A stretch of DNA of 59,321 nucleotides. It comes from Candidatus Poribacteria bacterium (GTDB lineage Bacteria > Poribacteria > WGA-4E > WGA-3G). The position numbers and the translations under genes were made by a program. Every line of letters starts with the position of its first letter. Within the stretch, counting starts at the first letter, position 1. Positions 56,388 through 59,321 of this stretch are shown here, in pieces. The notes beneath the pieces were generated by a model. It was not told where the DNA came from. It did no database searches and was given only the letters and a program-made list of their open reading frames with translations. The stretch spans positions 1-59,321 of the forward strand of contig VYCT01000135.1 of NCBI GenBank assembly GCA_009843785.1, in the 5' to 3' direction.

Positions 56388-58475
56388 CTACATCTGCATA
56401 TAACTTTCGCGCGGTTCATCTAAATCCGCAAGGACTTTCGTACCCACCTTCAGAAACCGTCCGTTCAGCATAATGAATGGAACACCGCCAGATGCGTCTC
56501 TCCGTAAGAACAGATATTCCCCGACAAACCGAATATCTTCAGTAGACATCTCCGCCAAACCGTCGTCAGAGATTAAAAACGTGTCTGTCGTGTTCGGCAA
56601 CGCAAGCGTGAAACCTGTCCCCAAAACATCAGCATCCGTGCGAACTTCAATATCCGAAATAATAGGGTGTGTTTTGACCCCAGGTCTCATCGGAAAAAGG
56701 AGCGTGTTCGGGGCTGCTGGCGGTTCGCTGTTACGCCGATAGATAACCCTGTCTTCCGCTAAAGTTACCGTGAGGTTTGTCGTATCGGTTACACCGATAA
56801 AGAGGTTACTACGGCGTGCGTCTTCAGTCCAAGTATATCCAGTATCAGCGGCAATGTGAGTATTTGTCGCATTACCGAGATGGAAAGTCTGTTCAAGGGT
56901 CTGCGTTTCCGCACCTAACACGAGGTCGTGGAAAATAAAGTATTCGCCTTTAAGGTAGAAGATGCTGCGTTTGTGGTGCGCAGCTGCAGCTTGACACCAT
57001 TTTTCGACGAAATCAAAAGCAGATGTTGTTATCCATTGTGTATCAAGCACATCAGAGACCGTTAGTGTCGGATCAACCAAACGGACTGTGCCTGTCGTCA
57101 GTTGTCGTCCGTGGGCATAGAGTGCCAGACTTGATATATCGGCGTTTTTAGAGTGTCTCTTTGGCTGTGCGTCAAAGAACAGGTATTGTCCGTCCGGCTG
57201 CCAGTTATCTCTCATGACGTAACAACCTGTCTCAGGCAGCGCGTGCGATGTAGTGTCGGGACACTTGAAGCTGCTATCAGCGATGGCGCAGAGTTCGACG
57301 GCATCGAAGTTGGGCGCAGGGCGCGGACCGAGGGGTGGGAACGAACAATCGGGTTGGCTCAAATGGATGCATGTCGCTAATAGTTTTTCAAGCAATATCC
57401 GTAATTCTTGCGTTTGCTCGTCAGACGGAAAACGGAGAAATCTCGCGAAATCCGCGATTGCCTCAGCTTGCGCACGGAGCGTCCGGTCTTTATGAAACCC
57501 GTCAGCATGGAAGAATGCGTCAATTATCCACTGATAACGCTGCAGTACCAACTTATGGAGTTGTTCATTTCCCCGGAATTCGGGGAACAGGTGCGCTGCG
57601 ATACCGATTTCCGTAGTTGCTGTGATAGCCGGGGTCGGATGGATAGACAACCGAAGCAGACACTCAAGATAGGTTTTGGCTGTGGTGTAGGTGTCAGAGC
57701 GTTCTAATAGGGGGGCATCGTCTCCTACAAAGTCTTTTAGGAACTGCTGACGGAAGGCGGTATAAGCGGTTTTCGCGGTGGGTATATCGTCTCTGAGGAC
57801 CGCAGCCTTCACGGTTTCCATTCCCGGAAAATCCAAGTTGAGTGCCTCAAAAAAACCGCTATCGCTGAGGGGCAGGTCGAAACGGTTTTGCGGTGTGAAA
57901 TTCGGCTTGAGCACGGTGTTATAAGTGTCAATCGCAGATGCCAGAATCGGGAGGTTTCGTTCGTTTGCAAGCGAGAAGGCGATGTCAATCGGTAGGGTAA
58001 GATGCGAATCCGTCGGTGCGAGTGCAACCTCGGCAAGCACTGCGGAGATCCTCCCAAACCCAGCGAGTCGCCAGAGTTCGGATTGCGGAAGCGACGCACA
58101 GACGCTACCCACCAATGCCAATGCGCTCCCGGCTTCAAGTCTCGGACGCGGTTCACCATCGGGATAGGCGTAGAGATAAACGGCATGTTCTAACAGGATA
58201 CGCGCGAGTTCTCGGTATCCGAACTCGGTCAGCGGTTCGTGCGCAGCGGCTGCGATACCCTCAATGACACGCGCCGCAACGGATTCCAACCGCCATGCCG
58301 GATGTTGTGGCGTAAATTCAACCGGTGTCGGGTTCGCTTCCGAGAAGGTCAGCAGCTCCTCAAAATCCGCTATCGGTTCAAGTTGCGCGATGAGCGGTAT
58401 CTCCTGCTTCGCGAGTGCTTCTGCCAGTAATTGGATATGTTCAGTTTGGAGCGTCGTCCATTTTTCCAACAGCAT
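56388..58475 (-). CDS. Heparinase II/III-like protein (divergent)
   Basis: Helical N-half, then ALPETGCYVMRDNW...YLFFDA, HKRSIFYLKGEYFIFHDLV typical of the heparinase II/III C-terminal region. Confidence 0.7.
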   Translation of the reverse strand: MLLEKWTTLQTEHIQLLAEALAKQEIPLIAQLEPIADFEELLTFSEANPTPVEFTPQHPAWRLESVAARVIEGIAAAAHEPLTEFGYRELARILLEHAVYLYAYPDGEPRPRLEAGSALALVGSVCASLPQSELWRLAGFGRISAVLAEVALAPTDSHLTLPIDIAFSLANERNLPILASAIDTYNTVLKPNFTPQNRFDLPLSDSGFFEALNLDFPGMETVKAAVLRDDIPTAKTAYTAFRQQFLKDFVGDDAPLLERSDTYTTAKTYLECLLRLSIHPTPAITATTEIGIAAHLFPEFRGNEQLHKLVLQRYQWIIDAFFHADGFHKDRTLRAQAEAIADFARFLRFPSDEQTQELRILLEKLLATCIHLSQPDCSFPPLGPRPAPNFDAVELCAIADSSFKCPDTTSHALPETGCYVMRDNWQPDGQYLFFDAQPKRHSKNADISSLALYAHGRQLTTGTVRLVDPTLTVSDVLDTQWITTSAFDFVEKWCQAAAAHHKRSIFYLKGEYFIFHDLVLGAETQTLEQTFHLGNATNTHIAADTGYTWTEDARRSNLFIGVTDTTNLTVTLAEDRVIYRRNSEPPAAPNTLLFPMRPGVKTHPIISDIEVRTDADVLGTGFTLALPNTTDTFLISDDGLAEMSTEDIRFVGEYLFLRRDASGGVPFIMLNGRFLKVGTKVLADLDEPRESYMQM

Positions 58476-58572
58476 GTTGTGCCTTTATGTTTCAATTTGA
58501 TGGGCGATTTCCAACATGATAGCAGTGTTAGGTGTAATTTGTCAACTGCCCCACAAGTATAGGCGTGTTGTT

Positions 58573-58606
58573 AAAAAAGAGCGGGGGTGGTGAAACCACC
58601 CCCTGT
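58573..58606 (-). terminator. Intrinsic terminator after the STAS gene
   Basis: GGGGGTGG-TTTCA-CCACCCCC stem followed by GCTCTTTTTT on the minus strand. Confidence 0.75.
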
Positions 58607-58631
58607 TTGATGTTGTATAGAATTTTGGGTT

Positions 58632-58973
58632 TTAGACGGATAGTGCGGAAACCGCAGCAGCCTCGCTATCGTAATGTTCAAAGACCCGAACAAGTCGGCT
58701 GAGAACAACCAGATTTTTGATCTGTTTACTGACGTTGATGACCGCGATACGCCCTTTCTTTCGGGCTGTTACGGCACGGACTCCCATGAGTGCCCCAAGT
58801 CCTGAACTGTCGATTTTATTCACGTTCTCGAAATTGATAAGGATACGCGGTGTATCGGCTACTTCTAACTCCGGCGAGAGGGCTGCCCGTAATTCGGATA
58901 CGGCGGGTCCGATTATTTTTCCGTTGGGTTCCAAAATCGTGATGCCATTTTGCTGACGAATTTTAGTAAGCAT
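58632..58973 (-). CDS. STAS domain anti-sigma factor antagonist
   Basis: ILINFENVNKIDSSGLGAL motif, 113 aa; AAGGAG RBS. Confidence 0.92.
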   Translation of the reverse strand: MLTKIRQQNGITILEPNGKIIGPAVSELRAALSPELEVADTPRILINFENVNKIDSSGLGALMGVRAVTARKKGRIAVINVSKQIKNLVVLSRLVRVFEHYDSEAAAVSALSV

Positions 58974-59321
58974 GATTTACTCCTTTTTCATTTTTCCAAA
59001 GCATTTCTCTAAATTTTTGGCACTATTTGAAGATTTAATTTACGTATTTGATAGTTTAGTCAGATACGATCAAAAAAAGTTCGTTTTTTAGAAAGTATCT
59101 CGGACATATCCACCTGTTGCGTCAAGTCCCGCCATTCAATTCACTTACTCTTTTGTCCGACAGATGCTACGGACATCTGTTTTGTTCCAAAATTTATTTG
59201 CCGATTAGCGAGGCTTCAATTGTTAATGACGCATTTCGGTAGCAAAAAGGGTGCAAAATTTTTAGAAAAATCGCAAAATTTTTAGAAAAATCTCAAAAAA
59301 TTAGGTTTATCGGCGTATTTA

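Noticed and set aside
59253-59300. 20-bp tandem duplication GCAAAATTTTTAGAAAAATC at the window end
   Set aside because: Only two copies in AT-rich intergenic DNA at the edge; function cannot be supported.

Overview
Bacterial chromosome segment. The gene content (expanded AAA-ATPase/PD-(D/E)xK paralogs, Uma2, PmoA-like, sialidase and heparinase-like genes, dense palindromic repeats) is reminiscent of Ca. Poribacteria; this is inference only. 1-40 kb is mostly housekeeping and transport: DAHP synthase with a Tyr-rich attenuator, leuA, pepA, a selenocysteine formate dehydrogenase, a BMP/nucleoside-type ABC transporter, TamA/TamB-like genes, tlyA, dxs, xseAB, ymdB, pyrE and a selenocysteine SelD. 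40.8-56.4 kb is a defence/mobile island. Its centrepiece is a short prokaryotic Argonaute operon whose partner protein is a SIR2 - GHKL-type ATPase - APAZ fusion, next to a single-chain restriction-modification enzyme. The window also holds two non-autonomous IS200/IS605 OMEGA elements (IsrB and TnpB) with readable ends and a shared TCAT target motif, three MITE families, and a heptamer-armed palindromic repeat family. That family and GTAG REP-like repeats have inserted in frame into protein-coding genes. No CRISPR array, rRNA or tRNA gene was recognised.
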